Shown here in pieces: positions 1 to 8,747 of a DNA stretch of 64,000 nt (position 1 is the stretch's first letter; every line of letters starts with the position of its first letter). The notes beneath the pieces are model-generated. The model was not told where the DNA came from, made no database searches, and saw only the letters and a program-made list of their open reading frames with translations. Source of the stretch: Eubacteriales bacterium (lineage in GTDB: Bacteria; Bacillota; Clostridia; Saccharofermentanales; DTU023); the NCBI GenBank assembly GCA_030537595.1, contig JAUNVR010000001.1, positions 13,232-77,231 of the forward strand. Reading direction: 5' to 3'. A program made the position numbers and the translations under genes.

Positions 1-324
1 GTCGCTGGACAGGCCTTTGATACGCCGAAATTACAGCGCTTTGGCTATATTACTTTGACCGCGGAGCAAGATAATCTCCTGGCCAAAAAAGGCGAGAGCA
101 TCCGCGCGCATGAGTTTCATTACACGGATTCGGATAATCCTGGGACGGCTTATACAGCCACTAGGGCTGCTAATGGTAAAAGCTATCCTGCCGTAGTCGC
201 TAGCCCGCGGCTCTTTGCCGGCTTTCCCCAGATTTACCTGCCGGCGAATCCCAGCTTTGGCCATAATTTTATTCGCGCAATGCAAGGAAGTCAGAAAGAG
301 AATGGAGCAGATGATGCAGATTAA
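1..324 (+). CDS. cbiA: cobyrinate a,c-diamide synthase, C-terminal fragment (5' end lies outside the window)
   Basis: Frame 1 is open from nt 1 to TAA 322-324. The tail ..ESIRAHEFHYTDSDNPG.. carries the HEFHY signature of the amidotransferase domain of CbiA/CobB. The stop overlaps the cbiC start. Confidence 0.75.
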   Translation, partial: VAGQAFDTPKLQRFGYITLTAEQDNLLAKKGESIRAHEFHYTDSDNPGTAYTATRAANGKSYPAVVASPRLFAGFPQIYLPANPSFGHNFIRAMQGSQKENGADDAD

Positions 325-946
325 ATTAGAAAATGTTCTCCCAGGAGAGATTGAACGGCGCAGTTTCGAAATTATCGAAAGCGAGTTAAAAGAGAGCCTC
401 GATCCAGAATTGGCCCCGATTATTAAACGGGTGATTCATACTACGGCAGATTTCGAATACGTGGATCAGCTCTACTTTTCTGAGGGTGTGAAGGAAAAGG
501 CCCTGGCGGCGCTGCGCTCAGGCTGCCCGATATACACGGATACCAATATGGCTTTGGCCGGGATTAATAAGCCGGCCTTGGCTAAGTTGAACTGTCAAGC
601 GACTTGCTTAATTGCTGAGCCGGAGACATTTCAACTGGCTCAAGCCGATGGCACGACGCGAGCAGTTGCAGCGGTGAAGCTCGCGGCCCAAAAAGAGCCT
701 GAGGCGATCTTTGTCGTGGGCAATGCGCCGACCGCTTTAATTAAAATCTACGAGCTAGTCCAGGAGGGGCTCTTAAGACCTCGCCTGGTGGTTGCGGTGC
801 CGGTCGGTTTTGTCAACGTAGTCCAGGCCAAAGAATTAATTATTTCCGCCAAGCTCCCCTCAATCGTGGCGCGGGGCAGGAAGGGTGGCAGCAATGTTGC
901 GGCCGCAATAATTAATGCCCTGCTTTATGAACTGACCCGGGCTTAA
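302..946 (+). CDS. cbiC: precorrin-8X / cobalt-precorrin-8 methylmutase
   Basis: ATG 302 is preceded by GAAAGAG. HTTADFEY and VVGNAPTAL motifs are typical of CbiC/CobH. The longer ORF from 215 overlaps cbiA and is unlikely to be used. Confidence 0.9.
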   Translation: MEQMMQIKLENVLPGEIERRSFEIIESELKESLDPELAPIIKRVIHTTADFEYVDQLYFSEGVKEKALAALRSGCPIYTDTNMALAGINKPALAKLNCQATCLIAEPETFQLAQADGTTRAVAAVKLAAQKEPEAIFVVGNAPTALIKIYELVQEGLLRPRLVVAVPVGFVNVVQAKELIISAKLPSIVARGRKGGSNVAAAIINALLYELTRA

Positions 947-1054
947 CTGGTTCTAGGCTCTAGCTAGCTTTTGGATACTGTCTTTTTCCCAGCAAAGTCG
1001 TAAAATGATTAAAGGCTGGGATTTTATCTTGCTCAGCATCAAAAGGAGTGCAAA

Positions 1055-1870
1055 ATGGGAAAAGAAATTATTAGAACTTTAACAATTGCCGGCTTGGACG
1101 CCAGTGGTGGCGCCGGCCTAATTGCCGACATCAGTACCTTCGAGGAATTTGGCACCTATGGCCAAGCGGTATTGACCACCGTGGTGACGATGGATCCTGA
1201 AAATTGGAATCACCAGGTCAAAGGCCTGCCCTTAGATTTACTGAAGCAGCAAATTGAGACTATTTTGACCTCTGATGTTCCGATTAAGGCGATGAAGACA
1301 GGGATGCTCGGCAGCAAGGAAATTGTCGAGCTGGCGCGCGAGACGATCGAACGCGCGAAGATTGAAAAGACTGTAATTGACCCGGTCCTAGTCTGTAAGG
1401 GTACGGACGAGGTCTTAAATCCAGATACTGCAGTCGCTTTAAGAGAGCTTCTAATGCCGATTGCCTATGTCGCAACTCCGAATATTTTCGAAGCCGGACA
1501 GATGGCTGACCTGCCGACACCAAAGACTTTGGCCGAGATTGAGGCTGCGGCCAAGGCGATTCACGATCGTGGGGTGCAGTATGTGGTAGTCAAAGGCAGT
1601 CGCCACCTCGATCCTGAGAGTGCTCTGGATCTGTTCTACGACGGTAAATCTTTCGAGTGGCTGGCGAAGCCGAAGCTGGAAAACCCTGCAACCCATGGCG
1701 CGGGCTGTACCTTTGCAGCAGCAATAACGGCTGGCTTAGCCAATGACTTAGAGCCCTTGGAGGCGGTCAAAAAGGCCAAAGACTATGTCTATATTGCAAT
1801 TAAAAATGGCTTTGCTTACAACAAATTTGTCTCCCCGGTCTACCGGCCGGCTTATAAAGAATATCGCTAG
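1055..1870 (+). CDS. pdxK: pyridoxal/pyridoxine kinase of the ThiD/PdxK family
   Basis: 271 aa. Motifs LTIAGLDASGGAG, MKTGML and THGAGCTFAAAI are present. The VVTMDPENWNHQV segment resembles B. subtilis PdxK more than ThiD. AAAGGAG RBS. Confidence 0.8.
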   Translation: MGKEIIRTLTIAGLDASGGAGLIADISTFEEFGTYGQAVLTTVVTMDPENWNHQVKGLPLDLLKQQIETILTSDVPIKAMKTGMLGSKEIVELARETIERAKIEKTVIDPVLVCKGTDEVLNPDTAVALRELLMPIAYVATPNIFEAGQMADLPTPKTLAEIEAAAKAIHDRGVQYVVVKGSRHLDPESALDLFYDGKSFEWLAKPKLENPATHGAGCTFAAAITAGLANDLEPLEAVKKAKDYVYIAIKNGFAYNKFVSPVYRPAYKEYR

Positions 1871-1880
1871 GCGATCAGGC

Positions 1881-2369
1881 CTAAACTAAGCCGGCAAAGC
1901 CCTGCTGGCGCAGAACCTCATAGAGGATGATGGCTTCTGCGTTGGAGAGATTTAAAGAGCGGGTATCTTTTAACATCGGAATCCGATAACAGCGCTCAGG
2001 GTGCTCTAAAAGAAAGTCTTCTGGCAAACCTGCTGTCTCCTTACCAAAGAGGATGATGGCAGGTTTTGCTTCGAGCTTTAAGGCGCCCAGATGCTGCTTG
2101 GCCTTAGTTGTAGCGTAAATCGGAAAGTAGCCACTTTCGACCTCTGCTTCGAGGAAGACTTTAAATTCAGCAAAGGATTCCCAGAGCGTTAAGTCAACGT
2201 CGTACCAGTAGTCTAAACCTGCGCGTTTTAAGTGCTTATCGCTAAGCTCAAAGCCCAGTGGCTTAACCAGGTGTAGGGCGCTTCCTGTAGCGACGCAAGT
2301 TCTCGCAATATTCCCCGTATTATAAGGAATCTCGGCTTCGATTAAGGCGATGATATTCTTTCTGTTCAA
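1881..2369 (-). CDS. trmL: tRNA (cytidine/uridine-2'-O)-methyltransferase, SpoU/TrmH family (TrmL-like)
   Basis: 162 aa with IPYNTGNIARTC, ILFGKETAGLP and SLNLSNAEAIILYE motifs of YibK/TrmL-type methyltransferases. Confidence 0.85.
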   Translation of the reverse strand: MNRKNIIALIEAEIPYNTGNIARTCVATGSALHLVKPLGFELSDKHLKRAGLDYWYDVDLTLWESFAEFKVFLEAEVESGYFPIYATTKAKQHLGALKLEAKPAIILFGKETAGLPEDFLLEHPERCYRIPMLKDTRSLNLSNAEAIILYEVLRQQGFAGLV

Positions 2370-2463
2370 AATTCCTCCAGGGCCAAAATAGATTCACATC
2401 ATAGTAGCACTAACAACTTAGCTATTTCTAGTCTTAAATAAGCTCTAGCGAATTTTTTAGCCC

Positions 2464-3690
2464 TTAATCCAAGCTGCGTTTACTCAGGTCTTTTGACTGC
2501 TGGTCGCGGGCCCGGATTACCAAGGAGGCTAAGAAGCTCGCGAGGCCAAAGAGGGCGATTACAATTAAGTTAAATTGAACAGATTTGGGATCCGCCTCAG
2601 CTTTGATACTTTCTGCATAGTAGTACATGGGGAAGAGTAAGCTGAGTTTTTTGGCCAGCTCGGGCAGGAATTCACTCGGGATGAAAACCCCGCTGATTGC
2701 AGCGAAAATTAAGGCTAGGCTCTGGCTCACCCCGGTGATGATAGTAGCCTTTTTGCAGAGGGCGACAATCAGCTGGCTGATGCAAATTAGGCTAAAGACA
2801 TAAAGTAATAGTTTCAGACTCAGGCTGATAAAGATTCCTCTAGAAATTAAATGGCCATTTGAGAAGTAGCCAGGAACTACAAAGAGCAGCCAGATTGTGA
2901 GTCCGACGATGAGGTTTCCGAGGTAGATTTCGCGTTCGCGCTGAGCGCTCGGTACGGCGCTGACCTGCGCTCTCAGTAAGCAGAGGCCAGTATTCATTCG
3001 CAGCATTAGAAAGCTGTTTAAGATCAGGATAATCTGGGTTACGATCCAGGCGCAGTAGCGAAAGTAAATATATACACTGTCGGCAATAAAGCTTTCTGGA
3101 CTCGATTCTAAAAGCTTATTGATATCCTGCACCGGGCTGTGAATAGCGCTGACTTTCAGCAGCCTTGCCTGAATCGCCTCTAGCTTCTGCTCGGCTTCGG
3201 GGCTTAAGCTAGGCTGTTCTGGGCTGAGGCTAGCAATCCCTTCTTGGGCCGCAAACTGCGCTAGGGCCCGAGCACTTTGGAGGTAGCTTTCGAGATTCAT
3301 CTGAACCTGCCAGCTACTTTGATCCTGCGGGCTGAGCCGAATTAAGACGGCCTCTTCGCCTGCTGCCAAGAGCTCCTGGTAATTGGCGGGAATGCTCAGC
3401 GTTGCGCTATATTTTCCACTATAGAGATCAACTTTTTGCGTGAGTTCATCGGCTTTGATTTCGCTGACTCTAAATTGCTCTTTTAAAAAGTTTAAAAGAT
3501 CCTTTGCAGCCTCATCCTCGGCCTCATTAATCACGCCGACGGGGAGCTTAATTTGGCCAATGCTCCGCTCAGTACTCTGCTTGGAGTTCTGATATTCGAT
3601 AAAGCCAATTAAGAAAAACATTGCGACTAAGGGCAGAACAATCAGTAGATTCTTTTTCAAAAGTTTAAGATAGAGTTTAAATGTTGACAT
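2464..3690 (-). CDS. ABC-2 type exporter permease
   Basis: 408 aa with an N-terminal TM helix, a long extracytoplasmic segment, then a cluster of hydrophobic helices. It is the last gene of a three-gene minus-strand unit with an ABC ATPase. Confidence 0.7.
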   Translation of the reverse strand: MSTFKLYLKLLKKNLLIVLPLVAMFFLIGFIEYQNSKQSTERSIGQIKLPVGVINEAEDEAAKDLLNFLKEQFRVSEIKADELTQKVDLYSGKYSATLSIPANYQELLAAGEEAVLIRLSPQDQSSWQVQMNLESYLQSARALAQFAAQEGIASLSPEQPSLSPEAEQKLEAIQARLLKVSAIHSPVQDINKLLESSPESFIADSVYIYFRYCAWIVTQIILILNSFLMLRMNTGLCLLRAQVSAVPSAQREREIYLGNLIVGLTIWLLFVVPGYFSNGHLISRGIFISLSLKLLLYVFSLICISQLIVALCKKATIITGVSQSLALIFAAISGVFIPSEFLPELAKKLSLLFPMYYYAESIKAEADPKSVQFNLIVIALFGLASFLASLVIRARDQQSKDLSKRSLD

Positions 3691-3718
3691 AGCGCTTCAC
3701 TTTCTACTCGCTCTGACT

Positions 3719-4780
3719 CTAGGCCAGGGACTTGTGATCTAGGCTGCCGAGTTTGCGGCCGGCAAGTAAAATGCAGATTAGAGCGAGGGCGAGGAAATAC
3801 AGAATACAAGCTAGGCTTTCTGAATTGGAATTTAAGTGGTTAATGTGGAAGAGAGTCACAGTCAGCCGGCTTAAGGGATTGAGCCGAGCCACGATGGGGA
3901 CCTTTTCATTAATAAAGAGGTAGATTTCCGGAGACATCATTCCAGAGAGCAGACCGAGGAAGAGTGAGACGAAAACACCTAGATTAATCCGGGCAGCATC
4001 TGAAAGGCGGGGAATCGAACCGATTAAAAGTCCAATTGCTGCTCCACAAAGAGAGCCGGAGAGTAGGACGGGTAAAGATTGCCAGAACTCAGGAATCAGA
4101 TCCAGCTTCAAGATGTAATCTGTGTAGAACTTGAGTAAAAAGATAAAGGCGATACTGTATAAAAGATTAGATATAAAGCCAGAAAAAATCAGCTTAAGTC
4201 GGCTAAAGGGGGCAATCTCATGCCTAATTCCTGAAGCTGATTGCTCGGCGGAAATTGCGGAGCAATAGCTAGCCGTGGCAAAGTAGCTATAAAAGACGTA
4301 TAAGGAAAACATCGAAAGCAGGGAAATCGCCATCGGATCAGTCTTACTGGCCTCAGTCTTGATCAGGGATTTTGTATAATTTAGATTGCGCGCAGCAGGC
4401 CCCAGTTCGAGACCGCGTCTGACGCTATCGACGGCGGAGCGGACTATGCTGACCTGGATTGAGCGCTTGGCAGCGAAGATTTGATTCTCGCTGTCGATAA
4501 AGGCCTTAACTTGATCCTGGTTTAAGGCTTCAGCAGTCTCTTCAAGATCCCAGTCCACAGCTCTAATCTCGAATAGAGGAATCTCCTCATAGATTGCTAG
4601 ATAAGGATTCTTACTATTGATAGCAAGTGGAATCGGCTCTGTATTGGGCTGGCGCAAGCTGGAGAATACGGTGCCAAAGGTACCGAGCAAAATGAGGGGA
4701 AAGACGGTCATCCAAAAAATCGCCATGCGATCTCGGAAGAAGACTTTCATATTCATCTTAAATAAGTCTAGAAAGTTCAT
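3719..4780 (-). CDS. ABC-2 type exporter permease
   Basis: 353 aa with the same architecture (TM1, a loop of about 120 aa, C-terminal TM bundle). It starts 45 nt downstream of the ATPase gene. Confidence 0.7.
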   Translation of the reverse strand: MNFLDLFKMNMKVFFRDRMAIFWMTVFPLILLGTFGTVFSSLRQPNTEPIPLAINSKNPYLAIYEEIPLFEIRAVDWDLEETAEALNQDQVKAFIDSENQIFAAKRSIQVSIVRSAVDSVRRGLELGPAARNLNYTKSLIKTEASKTDPMAISLLSMFSLYVFYSYFATASYCSAISAEQSASGIRHEIAPFSRLKLIFSGFISNLLYSIAFIFLLKFYTDYILKLDLIPEFWQSLPVLLSGSLCGAAIGLLIGSIPRLSDAARINLGVFVSLFLGLLSGMMSPEIYLFINEKVPIVARLNPLSRLTVTLFHINHLNSNSESLACILYFLALALICILLAGRKLGSLDHKSLA

Positions 4781-4824
4781 GCAATCACGCTCTTTTCTTT
4801 AAGCTAAGCTCAATCGGCTCGCTC

Positions 4825-5757
4825 TTATTCACGTAGGCTCTTCCCAGTTAATTCCAAGAACACGTCATTTAAACTCGGTCTTTCGCTGTAGATTTCCCGG
4901 TAGACAATGCCTGAGGCTTCTAAGAAGGAGAGTAGGGCAGGCAGATTGTTATCGCCGCTGGAGTATTTAATGAGGTAGGCCTTATTGCTTTCTTCGACCT
5001 CGATGACCCCGTCGATTTGCTTTAAGCGGGCAGCTAGTCCACTAATACTGTTCTCGAGCTGTAGATGTATTTTTTCCGAGCTGCTGACCTGCTGCTGCAG
5101 TTCCTCAACTGAGCCGCTCGCCAGGCTTCTGCCCTCATCCATGATCACGATGCGAGTACACAGATCCTCGACTTCTTCGAGGTAGTGGCTAGTGTAAATA
5201 ATCGTGCTGCCATTACGATTTAATTCCCGAATGCCATCGAGAATAAACTTTCTGCTCTGAGCGTCAACTGCGACCGTCGGCTCATCGAGGAAGATCAATT
5301 CCGGACGGTGGGCAATGCCGCAGGCGATATTCAGGCGACGCTTCAGGCCACCGGAGAGTTTGCGGGTTAAGACCTTGGCCTGCTTCTCCAATTGGACGAA
5401 ACGAATGGCTTCTTCCACGGCCCGCTTGCGCTCTGCTTTATTCGTGATGTAGAGGCCGCAGAAGTAGTCGATATTTTCCCTGACTGTAAGTTCCTGAAAT
5501 AAGGCCAAATCCTGGGGCACGAGGCCGATTTTGGCCTTGAGGTCGTAGCGATTCGGAGCCATCTTTTGGCCAAAGACTTCAATCTCGCCATGGTCATAGC
5601 TCAGCACCGAGAGATTACAGTTTATACAAGTAGTTTTCCCAGAGCCATTAGGGCCTAAGAGGCCGAGAATTTCGCCGGCCTCGACCTCGAGGTCAAAGTG
5701 ATTTAAGGCGGCGAGTTCGCCATAGCGTTTGACTAGATCCTTATTGCGTACAATCAT
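4825..5757 (-). CDS. ABC transporter ATP-binding protein (ABC-2 exporter ATPase)
   Basis: Walker A GPNGSGKTT, signature LSGGLKRR, Walker B LIFLDEPT. ATG 5757 has GGAGGTGG 5 nt upstream. The ORF-track ATG at 5772 lies inside that RBS. Confidence 0.9.
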   Translation of the reverse strand: MIVRNKDLVKRYGELAALNHFDLEVEAGEILGLLGPNGSGKTTCINCNLSVLSYDHGEIEVFGQKMAPNRYDLKAKIGLVPQDLALFQELTVRENIDYFCGLYITNKAERKRAVEEAIRFVQLEKQAKVLTRKLSGGLKRRLNIACGIAHRPELIFLDEPTVAVDAQSRKFILDGIRELNRNGSTIIYTSHYLEEVEDLCTRIVIMDEGRSLASGSVEELQQQVSSSEKIHLQLENSISGLAARLKQIDGVIEVEESNKAYLIKYSSGDNNLPALLSFLEASGIVYREIYSERPSLNDVFLELTGKSLRE

Positions 5758-5953
5758 TGATTCCACCTCCAATTAGCTAGCTTTAGCTTACAAAGCTTCG
5801 CGGGCCGGGGCTAGTGAGAATTGTTTAGACTTTGCCTGACATTTGTCACTATAATAGTTCTAGTCGGCTCAGACCGAGCGCTCTTCGGAGCCTGCCTTGC
5901 AGAAGCGAAGCTGATCCTTTGCGGCAGTAGCTCCAGTGAATGGAGGTAAATTC

Positions 5954-7447
5954 GTGGCAAATTATATTCTGGCGATAGATGCCGGGACCACTTCTAATCG
6001 TGCAGTGATTTTTGATCGCTCCGGGCGGATTGTCTCGGCGGCGCAGAAGGAGATTAAGCAGAGCTTCCCCCAGCCGGGCTGGGTCGAGCAAGATGCCAAT
6101 GAGCTCTGGTCGACCCAATTGGGAGTGGTGGTTGAAGCCCTGAACCGACATAATTTAGAGGGCTCCGACCTCGCCGCAATCGGGATTACGAACCAGCGAG
6201 AAACAACTATACTCTGGTCAAAAGAAACAGGCGAGCCGGTCTACCCTGCGATTGTCTGGCAGTGTCGGAGGACGGCCGAGGCTTGCCAGGAATTGCACGA
6301 TCGCGGCTATGCCGAGCTGATTCAGGCAAAGACGGGACTCTTGCCTGATGCCTACTTTTCAGCCAGTAAGATTAAATGGCTGCTCGAGCAGGTCGAGGGT
6401 TTAAGAGCCCGGGCAGAAGCTGGCGAGATTCTCTTTGGCACCGTCGATAGCTGGCTAATCTGGAAATTGACCAAGGGTCGCGTCCATGTCACAGATTACT
6501 CGAATGCAGCCCGCACCATGCTCTTTAATATTCATGATTTAAGCTGGGACCAAGACTTATTGGACTTATTTGAAATCCCGGCGGCGATCCTCCCCGAGGT
6601 CAAAGCCTCATCCTGTATTTACGGCTACACTGATCCAGCATTTCTGGCGGCCGAAGTGCCAATTGCGGGGGCGGCTGGTGACCAGCAGGCGGCGCTCTTT
6701 GGCCAGCAGTGCTGGGCCGCAGGCGAGGTTAAAAACACCTATGGAACCGGCTCCTTCCTGCTCATGAATACCGGTGAAAAAGCGATTAATTCAAAGCACG
6801 GGCTGGTCAGCACTATCGCCTGGGGGCTAAATGATCAGATCGACTATGCCCTCGAGGGTTCAATTTTCGTGTCCGGAGGAGTCGTTCAATGGCTGCGTGA
6901 CGAGCTCAGGCTAATTGACTTTGCCCATGAGGTCGAGGCGCTAGCGGCAGAGGTTCCGGATAGTAATGGTTGTTATTTCGTGCCGGCCTTTACCGGGCTC
7001 GGCGCCCCTTATTGGGATCCCTATGCCCGCGGCGCTATTGTCGGGCTAAGCCGGGGGGTCAGGCGGGAGCATATAGTTAGAGCGGCCTTGGAATCGATGG
7101 CCTTTCAAACTGAGGCCGTGCTTTCTTTGATGCAGGAGGAGGCCGGAGTCAAACTCAAGAGCCTACGCGTCGATGGTGGGGCGGCACAAAACAATTTACT
7201 CTTGCAATTTCAAGCTGATCTTAGCAATCTGCCTGTCGAGCGCCCAGAGTGCATTGAGTCTACTGCTTTAGGCGCGGCTTTTTTGGCCGGTTTGGCAGTC
7301 GCTTTCTGGGCTTCCAGAGCTGAGCTAAAAAGCTTAGTTCATCAGACTGAAGTATTTCAGCCGAACTTAGCCGAAGCGACGCGCGAGAAAATTTTAGCAG
7401 ACTGGGCTGAGGCGGTTAAAAGATCTTTGAACTGGGCGCAGGAATAA
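5954..7447 (+). CDS. glpK: glycerol kinase
   Basis: FGGY kinase with AIDAGTTSNRAVIFD, GITNQRETT and GDQQAALFGQ motifs. GTG 5954 is preceded by GGAGG at 5942-5946. Confidence 0.95.
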   Translation: MANYILAIDAGTTSNRAVIFDRSGRIVSAAQKEIKQSFPQPGWVEQDANELWSTQLGVVVEALNRHNLEGSDLAAIGITNQRETTILWSKETGEPVYPAIVWQCRRTAEACQELHDRGYAELIQAKTGLLPDAYFSASKIKWLLEQVEGLRARAEAGEILFGTVDSWLIWKLTKGRVHVTDYSNAARTMLFNIHDLSWDQDLLDLFEIPAAILPEVKASSCIYGYTDPAFLAAEVPIAGAAGDQQAALFGQQCWAAGEVKNTYGTGSFLLMNTGEKAINSKHGLVSTIAWGLNDQIDYALEGSIFVSGGVVQWLRDELRLIDFAHEVEALAAEVPDSNGCYFVPAFTGLGAPYWDPYARGAIVGLSRGVRREHIVRAALESMAFQTEAVLSLMQEEAGVKLKSLRVDGGAAQNNLLLQFQADLSNLPVERPECIESTALGAAFLAGLAVAFWASRAELKSLVHQTEVFQPNLAEATREKILADWAEAVKRSLNWAQE

Positions 7448-7449
7448 GG

Positions 7450-7476
7450 CTGAGGCCTGAGTCTGCAGAGGCTCAG
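7450..7476 (+). terminator. hairpin directly after the glpK stop (weak terminator candidate, no U-run)
   Basis: ctgag(g)cct / aggctcag forms an 8-bp stem with a 1-nt bulge and a 10-nt loop, 3 nt after TAA 7445-7447. No T-tract follows. Confidence 0.25.
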
Positions 7477-7531
7477 TAGGATACGCCAATTACGGTGATT
7501 ATAAAGCCGAAATTTAAAGCCTAGTTAAGTC

Positions 7532-8212
7532 TTATTTTAGCCCTAGCTTAGAAAGCTCCCGGCGGAGTCTGGCTAGTGGCAGACCTACTACAGTTAGATA
7601 ATCTCCGGAAATGGACTCAACCAGGAAAGCGCCGGCTTCTTGGATTCCATAAGCCCCTGCCTTATCGTAGGGGCTTTTGCTGTGGATGTAGTTTTCAATC
7701 TCCGCTTCCATCTCCTGGTCGAGCTCGAAAAACTTGACCTCTGTACTGCTGCAAAACGAGTGACAGCCTGCAGCGTATCTGATTGCGACTGCCGTATTGA
7801 CCTCGTGGGTCCGTCCAGCGAGCTGGGTCAGGGTCCGGCGTGCCTCTGCTAGGTCTTTTGGCTTATGGAGGACCTCCTTTTCCAGGCTGACTAAGGTATC
7901 GGCGGCGATAATATATAGCTCCTCCTGGGAGTTCTGGGAGTTCTGGGAATTTTGGGAGTTTTGGCCTGCTAATTTAGACCAGACGGCTTCCGCCTTGGCC
8001 TGACCTAGGCGGGTAGCGAGCTCAGGGTAGCCTCCGGGGGCGCCTTCGGAGCGCCACTCTGCTTCGATCTTGCCCTCGTCAAGCTGGGATAGCTCGATTG
8101 TAAATTCGAAGCCTAGACGCTGGAAGAGCTCAGCTCTTCTGGGTGAAGCTGAGGCGAGGATGATTTTTGCCGGACGCTGGCTCTCGGTAAGAATATTACT
8201 TAGCTGTTTCAT
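7532..8212 (-). CDS. maf: Maf-like nucleoside triphosphate pyrophosphatase (septum formation inhibitor family)
   Basis: ILASASPRR and DKAGAYGIQE motifs of Maf/YhdE. It contains an unusual NSQ x4 insert. Confidence 0.85.
   Translation of the reverse strand: MKQLSNILTESQRPAKIILASASPRRAELFQRLGFEFTIELSQLDEGKIEAEWRSEGAPGGYPELATRLGQAKAEAVWSKLAGQNSQNSQNSQNSQEELYIIAADTLVSLEKEVLHKPKDLAEARRTLTQLAGRTHEVNTAVAIRYAAGCHSFCSSTEVKFFELDQEMEAEIENYIHSKSPYDKAGAYGIQEAGAFLVESISGDYLTVVGLPLARLRRELSKLGLK
7925..7960 (-). repeat. four codon-aligned 9-bp tandem repeats encoding (Asn-Ser-Gln)x4 inside maf
   Basis: The + strand units are ctgggagtt, ctgggagtt, ctgggaatt and ttgggagtt. On the minus strand they read aac/aat tcc caa/cag four times. 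Confidence 0.9.
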
Positions 8213-8657
8213 GCCTTCGATTATAGCCTAAAAAATCCCAGAGGAAAGAAGGCGAAAGCTGTAGCTAAAAGCTCGGCCGCATCAGTTTAGAAAGTTTTTT
8301 GGGGCTAAAAAAGGAGTGCTCCGAGCCTCTCTCCGTTTTCTGGAGGTATCGCAGAGCGAGGCGCGGAGCAAAACAGTAAGGAAAGGAGTAGGGGTATACA
8401 CCTTTTTGGCACTTATTTCCGGATGGTCATGAATGACTCCGGACGGCTATTATCTAAATCGGGCTGATTAGCCTCAATAAGTACAGACTTATCCGTTAGC
8501 TCTAGACAGCTTACCCGATGCACCTATCTAGAAACTAACGTCACTTACATTTTTAACATAGTTTCGTTTAATAAAACTATCCTCCAAGGCTAAGTTTTAT
8601 CTACTTTAAGCTATTTCTGATTATTTTTCCACTCTCTTCGCTTTTTTATACGAAATT

Positions 8658-8666
8658 TGTTATAAT
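8658..8666 (+). promoter_or_regulatory. extended -10 element (TGtTATAAT) upstream of the nqr operon
   Basis: TG at 8658-8659 and TATAAT at 8661-8666, about 80 nt before the nqrB ATG. The -35 (ttcgct) is weak. Confidence 0.4.
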
Positions 8667-8747
8667 TTGCCTGTATCTAATTAAGGAGAGAGGGCTAGGT
8701 CCCCCTTTATTTGCTTACGGGCCTGCCCCTTTAAGGTGGGTGTTTTC

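Noticed and set aside
947-1054. Possible TPP or other vitamin riboswitch upstream of the ThiD/PdxK-family kinase.
   Set aside because: The spacer is only 108 nt and has no CTGAGA or ACCTGATCTGGATAATGCCAGCG-type TPP blocks.
8210-8225. A TATAAT on the minus strand 7 nt upstream of the maf ATG, suggesting a leaderless maf mRNA.
   Set aside because: There is no convincing -35 or extended -10, and this is a single occurrence. It cannot be supported without TSS data.
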